A stretch of DNA of 64,000 nt from a virus. The stretch lies in IMG/VR virus record IMGVR_UViG_3300050821_006280, positions 1 to 64,000 of that record; one strand, written 5' to 3'. The notes below the pieces were generated by a model. It had not been told where the DNA came from. It searched no databases and worked only from the letters and a program-made list of their open reading frames with translations. Shown one piece after another: positions 28,280 through 36,411 of the stretch; position 1 is the first letter of the stretch, and every line of letters begins with the position of its first letter. The position numbers and the translations under genes are program-made.

Positions 28280-29017
28280 CTAGCCCACAACGAAGGGCAT
28301 TGGCATTGCGCTGTCGACAATCTCCTGCTCCAGCTTTTCAAATTCCTGGGCCGCTTGCTGAAGCAATTCATTGCCATTCAATCGCGTCATGCCTTGGGCA
28401 GTTGGATAGGCATCATACTTGGAGCGGATCATCCCCAAGTCTCTCTTTGCCCACGCCAGAGCAAATCTCTTCACGAGATCGTGATCTCGTTCTGGAAGTT
28501 GCTCAATAGTGTTGACCGTACTCTTGTACTCAACGACTGCTAGACCGCCCCCCTTTGGATCAGGCAGAATGAGCAACTTCTTGCGATAGGGGAAGAATAG
28601 CCAGTTGGCTTCGGCGTTAAGTACCCGCTTAGCCATGTCGGTGTATTGAAGGGCTTGTACAAAGGAACTGTATAAGCCAACTGAGCTTGGAGCGGCAAAG
28701 ACGTTGTACGGGATCTTCTCGTCGGCAATGATGTTTGGCGCAAAGATCAGGCTGATATCGAGAGGAGACACCTGAAACGAGACATCGATTACCGCGTCAC
28801 AGTCTGGAGGGACGTCGTATTCCGTCTGTCCGCCATAGAGCGGGATGTTAACCATCCGCTCTACACCCTTCTTAGCGGCGAACCAGCGCTTTGCTTCTTG
28901 TACTGCGTCCGTTAGATGATCCTCGTCAAGTTCGACTTTGAGGACTGGAGCACCAAGCCGACGCTTGATCCACTTTTTTAGTTCCGGCTCCTTAAACAAC
29001 TGAAGATCGGCGGCCAT
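28280..29017 (-). CDS. Neck protein / head-tail adaptor (T4 gp13-like)
   Basis: LKKWIKRRLGAPVLKVELD...AKRDLGMIRSKY...LNGNELL. Confidence 0.9.
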   Translation of the reverse strand: MAADLQLFKEPELKKWIKRRLGAPVLKVELDEDHLTDAVQEAKRWFAAKKGVERMVNIPLYGGQTEYDVPPDCDAVIDVSFQVSPLDISLIFAPNIIADEKIPYNVFAAPSSVGLYSSFVQALQYTDMAKRVLNAEANWLFFPYRKKLLILPDPKGGGLAVVEYKSTVNTIEQLPERDHDLVKRFALAWAKRDLGMIRSKYDAYPTAQGMTRLNGNELLQQAAQEFEKLEQEIVDSAMPMPFVVG

Positions 29018-29035
29018 GTTCTAACTCCTAACCGA

Positions 29036-29383
29036 TCAGCTGTTGCTTCCAGAACTACTACCCTCGTCATTCGGTGAGAGGACGCGACGACGACGAGAAG
29101 CTCTTTGCGCCTCGCGATGGTCGCTGAACTGCTTCTCCGGCTGTGCGTCAGGAACGACCACAACTGGTTCGATTGGCTGCGGAACGATCACTACAGGTAC
29201 GTCCACCGGATCTGTACTGACCTCCGCCGTTGCAGGAGCATCCACTTCCACTCTGACAACGTAGTCCAACGCAACGAATGGTTCCCATTCCTCGCCATAA
29301 ACGATCTCGTCATGCAGTAGCATCCCGGATCGATCTGGATAAGGAACCGGACCACTATTAGGATGCCTCTTATAGGCGTTCAC
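29036..29383 (-). CDS. Hypothetical protein
   Basis: GTG start with RBS GGAGG. Confidence 0.6.
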   Translation of the reverse strand: MNAYKRHPNSGPVPYPDRSGMLLHDEIVYGEEWEPFVALDYVVRVEVDAPATAEVSTDPVDVPVVIVPQPIEPVVVVPDAQPEKQFSDHREAQRASRRRRVLSPNDEGSSSGSNS

Positions 29384-29418
29384 GTGGCCCTCCAGTTACA
29401 GCCCGTCGCTTCCAGCTA

Positions 29419-30399
29419 CTAGGCGACGACCATGTACCAAACGTTGACCACGACATTACCAGCAGTGCATGTGCTCATATTGACGGTCGAGCTGACGTGA
29501 GCATGCAGCTGTTGGGTGCCCTGAGGGGCCATTGGGTAACCAAGAGCACCTGCCACGCCAGCCTTCGGAAATCCAGACTGACCAACTGAGACGTTGACGT
29601 TCGCTGCAATATCCGCAGCGCCAGCTCCGCCAAGCGACACGTTCCATACGGCATGCGTCGCATCGTCAACGCCAGTGAAAGTTCCCTCGCCAACGTCATA
29701 GCCAATGATTCTGGCATTCGCTGGGAGAGCGGCACCGATGTTGATATTCCCAGAGGTTGCAGCGCCCAACGCTGCAATGGTGGTGTTCGTGAGGGTAACC
29801 GTAACCTTCTGGGGCTTCGTTGGAATGGTTGGGTTTGGATAGCTTCCCGCCAGATCGCCGCCAGCAGCGCCGGTTGGTGCGCCAGCAGGAGCCACTAGGC
29901 TTCCCAACCACTCCGTGGCGTATCGAACGAACCGAGCACGGCCGTAGTTGGAAGCGATGACCAGGTTGGCGCCACCGTTGACAGTTCCAGCGGCAGGCGT
30001 GACCGTGATATTGTTCGTTCCACCGTCACCAGTTGCGTCGATAACTTCCACCACCATTCCCACATAGGGAGTCGGTGGCAAAGTGACAGCCACGGCGCCA
30101 GGCGCTGCCAGCTTGGTCAAAACGACCGAGTCTAGCTGGGTCATCACCACCGGAGTAACCGTAGCCACTCGCGTTGTTGATTGGTTGATGTCATATCCAA
30201 CCGGCAATGCGTCGTGGGTCTCCTTGGCGAGAACCACGCTGACCTTGCCAGCGAGGACCAAATCCTTCAGCTCAGTCTGCCGATCCAGATCGGACGACGT
30301 GTACGAGAACGTGACAGCTGCGCTCGGCGCAAGCGTCTTGTCGTCCAGAAAGGCAATATCGACAGGAGCGCTTGAAATGTTCGTAATAGTGACCTGCAT
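29419..30399 (-). CDS. Capsid decoration / head fibre protein
   Basis: Directly after the major capsid gene; beta-rich; GAAGGDLAGSYPNPT fibre linker; RBS GGAGAGG. Confidence 0.6.
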   Translation of the reverse strand: MQVTITNISSAPVDIAFLDDKTLAPSAAVTFSYTSSDLDRQTELKDLVLAGKVSVVLAKETHDALPVGYDINQSTTRVATVTPVVMTQLDSVVLTKLAAPGAVAVTLPPTPYVGMVVEVIDATGDGGTNNITVTPAAGTVNGGANLVIASNYGRARFVRYATEWLGSLVAPAGAPTGAAGGDLAGSYPNPTIPTKPQKVTVTLTNTTIAALGAATSGNINIGAALPANARIIGYDVGEGTFTGVDDATHAVWNVSLGGAGAADIAANVNVSVGQSGFPKAGVAGALGYPMAPQGTQQLHAHVSSTVNMSTCTAGNVVVNVWYMVVA

Positions 30400-30501
30400 G
30401 GTGTCCTCTCCGGTGGATTATTTACCCAGTATCATATCTGACCTATCACCGCAAATCGTCTAGCAGTAAAGCGATCAGATGTTACCTGGATTTACCCCTG
30501 A

Positions 30502-30543
30502 TAAACGGAAAGGCCAGCAAAGTAGCCCTGGCCTTTCCGTTTA
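30502..30543 (-). terminator. Hairpin downstream of the major capsid gene (terminator-like)
   Basis: Perfect 16-bp stem TAAACGGAAAGGCCAG / CTGGCCTTTCCGTTTA with a 10-nt loop. Confidence 0.7.
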
Positions 30544-30561
30544 CTACTATCTGCCTACCGC

Positions 30562-32037
30562 TTACAGGCCGCTAACCGTCAGCTGCCCGTAGTACTCGGT
30601 ACGGAGCACCTTCTTGCCGTAACGAGTACGCAGACCCTTGCGGAACGAGAAGTCCGCCGGATCGAGGAAGGTTGGCGTGACCTGGAGCGGGATGTATGGC
30701 GCCCACACGTAGCCAGCGTCGAGGAAGCTTGCTCCCTTGAGGCCGATCAGCATCGCGTTCGTGGTGAAGAACGGATCCTCGTACACCACCCACTTGTTCA
30801 TGAGGGTGCCGACCTTATAGATGCCGAACTGGCCATGCTGGGTCAGCGGACGCGGCAGATCAGCCGGACCGTACGGCGAGGCTCCGCCCGACACCCATAG
30901 CGGACGGAAGTCGCCATGCGTCGTAAGCTGAGCCAGACGCGCGCTGATCTCTGGCGAGGTGACGATGAAGTTCGCCGGAGCGCGGAGCGTCTTCTTGTGG
31001 ATCAGGTTCGAGATCGTGCTGATCTTGGTGATCATTGCACGCAGATGGTCGATCTCGGGGATGCCAGCAGGCGGCGTCAGCGAGAACGTATCCGTGGTTC
31101 CACCCGAATTGACATAGAGATCATTGATGATCTCGCGGTCGATTTCGAGCGCGATCTCCTGGGCAATGCCCGATACCAGCTCGGTCTCAGCGTCCAGACC
31201 GTGGAAGGCACGGAGGTCTTCTGCTGCTTCCGAAGACCACAGAGCCTTGAGGCGACGCGGAACTGCCTCGATCGGGCTCTTGCTGATATCCAGGTTGACC
31301 TGGGGGATCTTGGTGTTCAGCTCACCATCATAGTAGTACGTGGCGATGATCTGGTTGTTCAACGCCGGAGCGGCCGTGAACTTGAACGCCGACAGCGCGC
31401 CGTTGCCGTAGTTCAGGGCACCACCAGTCACGGCACCAGTAAAGCCACCTGCACCGTTGTCAGTCGCAGACTGAATGATGTTGCCCGACGAATCGACTTC
31501 CTGGATGATCGTCGAGTAACCGCGCGATACGTCCAGAGGACGCAGCGGGGTCCACGCCAGAACTGCTGCGAGAGCAGCACCAGCGCCACCGAAATTGGTA
31601 CCATCACCGATCGCGAGCACTTCGCCGGCAACCTTCTCCGACGAATAGTCACGATCGAAGTCGCGCGGGAAGATGTTGCCAGCCTGCGTCTTCCCCTTGT
31701 TCGATCCATACTTGTAATCGAAGAAGAAGACCGCTCCAACGGGGGCCGTCATCGGCTGAACCGAGACGATCTCGTTGGCAATCAGGTTCGGGAACACCCG
31801 GCGCAGAACCGGGAAGATGAACTTGGTGAAGGAGCCGACGTTGATCGTCTTCGTCTCCTCTTCCAGGCTTTGGAGCCACTGGCTCTCATTCTCCATGAGC
31901 ATGGCTGTGACACCACGCGTATATGGATCCTTGATTCCTTCCAGAAGCTCATGCCACTTACCCACGAGCGACTGGACGAAACCCTTATCCGCAATACTGC
32001 GGCGGGCCTCGGTCAGCTGGATGTCTCTCGCTTCCAT
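30562..32037 (-). CDS. Major capsid protein (T4 gp23 family)
   Basis: VLRRVFPNLIANEIVSVQPM, RRLKALWSSEAAEDLRAFHGLDAE, IALEIDREI, APYIPL, RTRYG; start at ATG 32037 with RBS GGAGG. Confidence 0.97.
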   Translation of the reverse strand: MEARDIQLTEARRSIADKGFVQSLVGKWHELLEGIKDPYTRGVTAMLMENESQWLQSLEEETKTINVGSFTKFIFPVLRRVFPNLIANEIVSVQPMTAPVGAVFFFDYKYGSNKGKTQAGNIFPRDFDRDYSSEKVAGEVLAIGDGTNFGGAGAALAAVLAWTPLRPLDVSRGYSTIIQEVDSSGNIIQSATDNGAGGFTGAVTGGALNYGNGALSAFKFTAAPALNNQIIATYYYDGELNTKIPQVNLDISKSPIEAVPRRLKALWSSEAAEDLRAFHGLDAETELVSGIAQEIALEIDREIINDLYVNSGGTTDTFSLTPPAGIPEIDHLRAMITKISTISNLIHKKTLRAPANFIVTSPEISARLAQLTTHGDFRPLWVSGGASPYGPADLPRPLTQHGQFGIYKVGTLMNKWVVYEDPFFTTNAMLIGLKGASFLDAGYVWAPYIPLQVTPTFLDPADFSFRKGLRTRYGKKVLRTEYYGQLTVSGL

Positions 32038-32056
32038 TGAAATTTCCTCCGTGTTC

Positions 32057-33721
32057 CTAGTTTGTGATCCCCGAGAGAGCACGGAGCTGCTCTAGCGAGA
32101 GCCCGAGCCCGTGGTAATCTTGGGAGTTGCCGTTCTTCGCAGAACCGTTCTGGTTTCCGCGTTCCTCGTGTTCGAGGACTGCTTCACGCGTCTGAGCCGA
32201 TCCGGCTAGCTTGCGCACGCGTTCACGTGCTTCTTCGATCGTCACCGGATCGCGACGCGGCTCTCTGAACTTCGAGAGAAGCGTGTCAACATCCTCTTTC
32301 GAGCCGATGTTGGCGTTTTCCAGGAGAACGCGGACTTCGCCAGCGCGAGGGTGATTCGCCAAGCGCTGCTCGACGTAGGTCTGGAGGCTGAGCTGCTTCG
32401 TTGCCTCCAAAGCCTTTTCTGTCGCGAGGCGGAGTTTCTTGTTCTCCTCCTCCAGCCGCATGATCTCGGAATCACGCTCCTCCTTCTGCGAAGCGGTCTT
32501 CTGGATTTCCTCAACGATCGCTTCAACCTTGGCGTTGATCGCCTCGACCGACTCGTAGACCTTCACGTCACCGACGAGCTTGCGAATCAGCTCTGCCTGT
32601 GGAATCCCATGGAGCAGACCTTCGAGATGGAAGCGGTAGCCGGCTTCCTTGGCAATAGCGGCGAGCTTTTCGTTCTCCTCTGCCAGCTTCACCATCTTCA
32701 GCTCTTGCTCGGCAAGCTTCGACTGAAGGGCCTCGATCTGCTGTTCTTTGGTCTTCACCACCGACTCGACATCCGATGGGATCACGAACGGCCGGAGCAT
32801 CTCCTTGACCTGCTCCAACGCTGCCTTGGCACCTGCAACAGCTGGATCGCTGAGAAGCTTGTTGCGCTCCTCTTGGGCAATCTGCTCGCGTGCATCGGCA
32901 AGAGCCTGCTGGAGTTGCTCAGCAAAGGTTCCACGAAGATCGCTTGCAGCTTCCTGACGTGCTGCTGTGATCTTTTTCGCCCAGATATCCGCGCCCTTCT
33001 TCTCGTACTCACGCTCCGCGTCGTGCATGAACGACTCGTACAGCGCGGGATTCTCCTTGCGGAGCTTCTCCAGGGTCAGATCCTTGCTCATCACTGCCTC
33101 CACCTGGACCGTTTCCGGCCGCGGCTTAGTCGTCGTCTTGGTGATCGTCACGGGTGCTGACGGCTTTGCTTCCACCACGTTTGCAGGCTCAGACTTCTTC
33201 GCTTCCGCGTGAATCGTCGGATACGAAGTGACATTGGCCGGCTCAGCCACGAAATCGAAAGTCATGAGCCGGTAGTCTTCCTGCACTACATCCTCACCCT
33301 TCATGTTCGGGCGAGTTGTTCCAAAACCACGCGAAGACACACCGACCTGTCCACTCGCGTCAAGGATCGCTTTCAGGTTTCGACCTTCAGCGGTATCGAG
33401 GATCTCTGCCTCGCCCACCACCACGCCGTTCTCCATATGGAGACCAGTAATGATGTGCGAGACACGCTTGAGCTGGGTACGTCCGTCCATCGGGTGATCC
33501 AGCTCGCCATAAACTTTGCGTTCTTGGATCGACTTCGAGAGACGAGAGAGTTCACGCTCCCAGAGCTTCAGTGGGTAGACACGCTTGTTCTCAGTAGCGA
33601 GATCCGCCCGCGCGAATTCACCTCGGGCGACGATCCTTGGACGACCGCCTCCCTTGCTACTGTTGTCCTCAAGGAGCTGCACCTTGAAGTTCAGCGTGTC
33701 GACGAGAAGTTTCTTTTCCAT
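32057..33721 (-). CDS. Prohead protease (gp21 family) fused to coiled-coil scaffold (gp22-like)
   Basis: NKRVYP, GELDHP, VSHII, GVSSRGFG, DFVAEPA; C-terminal coiled coil ending LRALSGI; ATG 33721 overlaps the upstream TGA. Confidence 0.92.
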   Translation of the reverse strand: MEKKLLVDTLNFKVQLLEDNSSKGGGRPRIVARGEFARADLATENKRVYPLKLWERELSRLSKSIQERKVYGELDHPMDGRTQLKRVSHIITGLHMENGVVVGEAEILDTAEGRNLKAILDASGQVGVSSRGFGTTRPNMKGEDVVQEDYRLMTFDFVAEPANVTSYPTIHAEAKKSEPANVVEAKPSAPVTITKTTTKPRPETVQVEAVMSKDLTLEKLRKENPALYESFMHDAEREYEKKGADIWAKKITAARQEAASDLRGTFAEQLQQALADAREQIAQEERNKLLSDPAVAGAKAALEQVKEMLRPFVIPSDVESVVKTKEQQIEALQSKLAEQELKMVKLAEENEKLAAIAKEAGYRFHLEGLLHGIPQAELIRKLVGDVKVYESVEAINAKVEAIVEEIQKTASQKEERDSEIMRLEEENKKLRLATEKALEATKQLSLQTYVEQRLANHPRAGEVRVLLENANIGSKEDVDTLLSKFREPRRDPVTIEEARERVRKLAGSAQTREAVLEHEERGNQNGSAKNGNSQDYHGLGLSLEQLRALSGITN

Positions 33722-33939
33722 CAGTCCTTCCGCCACCTGAATCGCCCACGCATCTGAAGTCTCGCGATTGGCGATTTGCTCTGATTCGTTACCCGACGCT
33801 TTACTTGTCCAACGTCAGGCTTCTCGTACCCGATCAACTCCTGGCGACCGGAGGAGTACTGAGTTCTCCTCCCGCGCTGCCATTCGTTAGTAGGCTCCTT
33901 CTTCCTCGCCTTTCCGAAAGGGCGCTTTGTGGCCCCCCA
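33721..33939 (-). CDS. Start-less basic reading frame, candidate +1 frameshift extension of the upstream gene
   Basis: 72 open codons filling the intergenic gap, ending in a TGATG overlap with the protease; CCC-TTT-CGG at 33914-33922. Confidence 0.55.
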   Translation of the reverse strand, partial: WGATKRPFGKARKKEPTNEWQRGRRTQYSSGRQELIGYEKPDVGQVKRRVTNQSKSPIARLQMRGRFRWRKD

Positions 33940-35353
33940 TCATCGAATCGCGCTTGGACTTGAGGGCATGCATCTTCGCCATCATGTCCTGACGATCACC
34001 ATCGGTATCACCCTCTGGTGATGTGTCATCGTCGCCATCGTGATCGGGATCGCGGTCATCCATCCCGTCATCGTCGCCACCGGCAGCCATTCCATCCTCG
34101 CCGCCATCCTCACCGTCGCCTTCGGCTCCATCGCCCTCGGCATGGTGATGGTGATGAACATCGGAATGGTGATGGATATGGACGTGCGCTCCACCCTCTT
34201 CTCCATCCTGACCATCTTCATCGCCCTGGCCGTCGTCGGCCATGCGCGGATCTTCTTCGTCCTCGTCGTCTGTCGCTGCGTGACCTAGGGCGCCACCTGC
34301 GGCAGCTCCGACTGGACCACCAGCCATTGCTCCGAGCCCAGCGCCGACAGCTGTTCCGAGTGCGCCTTCTTCCTGCTCGCCCTCGTCAAGAGCGGAGTCG
34401 TACGCCTCAAGCGCATCCATGAGCTTGTCGACCATTGCCGAGAAGACCTTCTCCGCCTGCTCCTTGAATGCCGGTGACGGAATGTCATATGGCTTCTCTG
34501 GATCATGGTCCTTGGCCGACTCTTCCTCGGTCTCGTCCATGTCCTCGACGTGCTCATACTCGTCGGCAGCCGAATTCTTGATGGCAGCGTTCTCGTCACC
34601 GTCATCGCCGACATGAGTCATCTCGGTTTCGACGATATCGATCGCCTCAGCGGCAGCCCGCGAAAGCTCCTCCATCTCCGAAACGAGCTTCTCGACGTGA
34701 TAAACGTCAGCCATCTCCGTAAGGCGATCGGCGAGGAGAGCCGCGTCTTCACTGACAAGACGGAAACCGCGCATCAGGTTGTCTACGGCTTCGTCGATCT
34801 GGACTCCGCGAAGCAGCCCGGTGACCTCTTCGATCAGCGTCGCAGCCTTACCCAGAGTACCTACGCTCTCCATCCGAGAGCTGGTCTTGCTCATGCCACC
34901 AATCTTCTTGGCCGGCTTGAGACCCTGAGCAACCGCAGGTGCTTGTCCCTTTCCCTTACCCTTGGGATGGACATTCTTCTTGGCGAGCATGTAGCCCTTG
35001 TTCTCGCCCTTGATCGAAGCTTCCTTCCCTCCAGGAACCTTGTGATAGCTGCCCTTGGACTTGTGAGCGCCCTTCGAGCCACCATCCTCGATCGGATCCA
35101 TGACTGCCGAATCGTCGTCGTCAGGACCCATCGCCGGCTTCGGCTGCTTTGCCGTCTTGTGGTTCGCAGACTTGTCTCCGCCGCTGGTATCCAGACCAGG
35201 AAGCGTCGATGGTTCGGGTGATGGGATGTCTCTCGGCTTGGCCGGATCATCCACTTCGGACAGCTGCTTGCCCTCATTCAAAGGCGGAAGCAATCCGATC
35301 TTGCGGAAGTCTTCTTCGACGGTGGTGAGAATTCTTGGATATCTGTGGATCAT
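33887..35353 (-). CDS. Acidic prohead core-like protein with His-rich tract and glycine zipper
   Basis: Between portal and protease (T4 gp67/68 position); D/E-rich; HVHIHHHSDVHHHHH. Confidence 0.7.
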   Translation of the reverse strand: MIHRYPRILTTVEEDFRKIGLLPPLNEGKQLSEVDDPAKPRDIPSPEPSTLPGLDTSGGDKSANHKTAKQPKPAMGPDDDDSAVMDPIEDGGSKGAHKSKGSYHKVPGGKEASIKGENKGYMLAKKNVHPKGKGKGQAPAVAQGLKPAKKIGGMSKTSSRMESVGTLGKAATLIEEVTGLLRGVQIDEAVDNLMRGFRLVSEDAALLADRLTEMADVYHVEKLVSEMEELSRAAAEAIDIVETEMTHVGDDGDENAAIKNSAADEYEHVEDMDETEEESAKDHDPEKPYDIPSPAFKEQAEKVFSAMVDKLMDALEAYDSALDEGEQEEGALGTAVGAGLGAMAGGPVGAAAGGALGHAATDDEDEEDPRMADDGQGDEDGQDGEEGGAHVHIHHHSDVHHHHHAEGDGAEGDGEDGGEDGMAAGGDDDGMDDRDPDHDGDDDTSPEGDTDGDRQDMMAKMHALKSKRDSMMGGHKAPFRKGEEEGAY

Positions 35354-35389
35354 TTGGCGATTCCTCTCCTGTTTCCGTCGCTTGGTGGA

Positions 35390-36358
35390 CTACTTGGCCT
35401 CAGTGAAACGCTTTGACATATGCTCGACAAATGTCCCAGCGATCTCGTAGTCAGTCAGCGCTTCAGCAAGCGCGTCATGGATCTGTCCGAGGCACATGAC
35501 GCACTGCTCATTCTTGAGAGCGAAGGCCAGATGTTCCCGGGCCTCCTGAAGATCCTCGAAGTAGTCATTTGCAAAGCTCTCGAACTGCTGAAGAACCTGA
35601 TCGTCCTCCGCGGTCCGAGTCACGTTCGCAATCGACTCCGCAAACGGGAGGAATGCCGTCTCTGCTCCCGTTTGAACCTTATCAAGACGGTCGGCAATCA
35701 CGCCGAGATCCATCCCAACAGCATCACGATAGGACTCGAACTTCTCTTCTGGGATCGTTCCGTCGTAGAGGGGGACGTACTTCGCATCAACCTTCCGAGC
35801 GACAAAAGCCTCAGCAAGATCTTTGATCTCTGCCGAGATTGCTTCCTTCTGCTCGGAATAGATGGAACGCCATTGCCGGCTTGTCTGATTCAGGTGATTG
35901 CGGATGATGTCGGTGAGACTCTCTTCTCCCGTCTCAACTGCCTCCTCTAGCTTAACCAGCGCCAGCAAGCGCTCACGCGACTCTGTCTTGTTCCCAGCGA
36001 GAATCGCGTCAACTGCACCAAGGGCATACTCACGGATGTAGTCTCCCGCGTTGCTGCTCTCAACAACCGGAACATCGAGTCTCTCTGGGAGACCCATCTT
36101 GATCCGACCGTTCACATCTTCGTACTTCGCTTTGAAGTATTGGCCGTCCTCAGTGCCAACCAATACGTGACTCTGAAACGTTGCCAGGCGCGCAACATCA
36201 ACTTCGCGCTTGCCGACGAACATGTGTCGGTTCTCTGCAATCGTATCGTCGAGTCGGAAAGAGAGATGCTCGAATGAGCCACGCGACAACTCGCGGAGCA
36301 CATCCACCGGCACCATCTTCTGTGACCCTGAAGTTGCCGCTCTCGTTTTATCGCCCAT
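35390..36358 (-). CDS. Hypothetical protein (putative prohead core/assembly)
   Basis: Helical acidic 322-aa ORF after the portal gene. Confidence 0.65.
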   Translation of the reverse strand: MGDKTRAATSGSQKMVPVDVLRELSRGSFEHLSFRLDDTIAENRHMFVGKREVDVARLATFQSHVLVGTEDGQYFKAKYEDVNGRIKMGLPERLDVPVVESSNAGDYIREYALGAVDAILAGNKTESRERLLALVKLEEAVETGEESLTDIIRNHLNQTSRQWRSIYSEQKEAISAEIKDLAEAFVARKVDAKYVPLYDGTIPEEKFESYRDAVGMDLGVIADRLDKVQTGAETAFLPFAESIANVTRTAEDDQVLQQFESFANDYFEDLQEAREHLAFALKNEQCVMCLGQIHDALAEALTDYEIAGTFVEHMSKRFTEAK

Positions 36359-36371
36359 CGATGTGATGGCG

Positions 36372-36401
36372 ATACTATTGGAACGATCAAAACACTGTCA
36401 A
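36372..36401 (-). promoter_or_regulatory. Sigma70-like promoter
   Basis: TTGACA-N18-TAGTAT in the intergenic gap. Confidence 0.55.
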
Positions 36402-36411
36402 ACTAACGATA

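Noticed and set aside
30916-32040. 374-aa plus-strand ORF and other long antisense ORFs (32351-33160, 34505-35221, 61566-62345)
   Set aside because: Shadow frames of strongly codon-biased minus-strand genes; no recognisable motifs
33815-33883. 22-codon ORF MAAREENSVLL... after the acidic gene stop
   Set aside because: Very short and leaves the gap unfilled; the +1 frame explains the region and the TGATG coupling better, though this ORF is not strictly excluded
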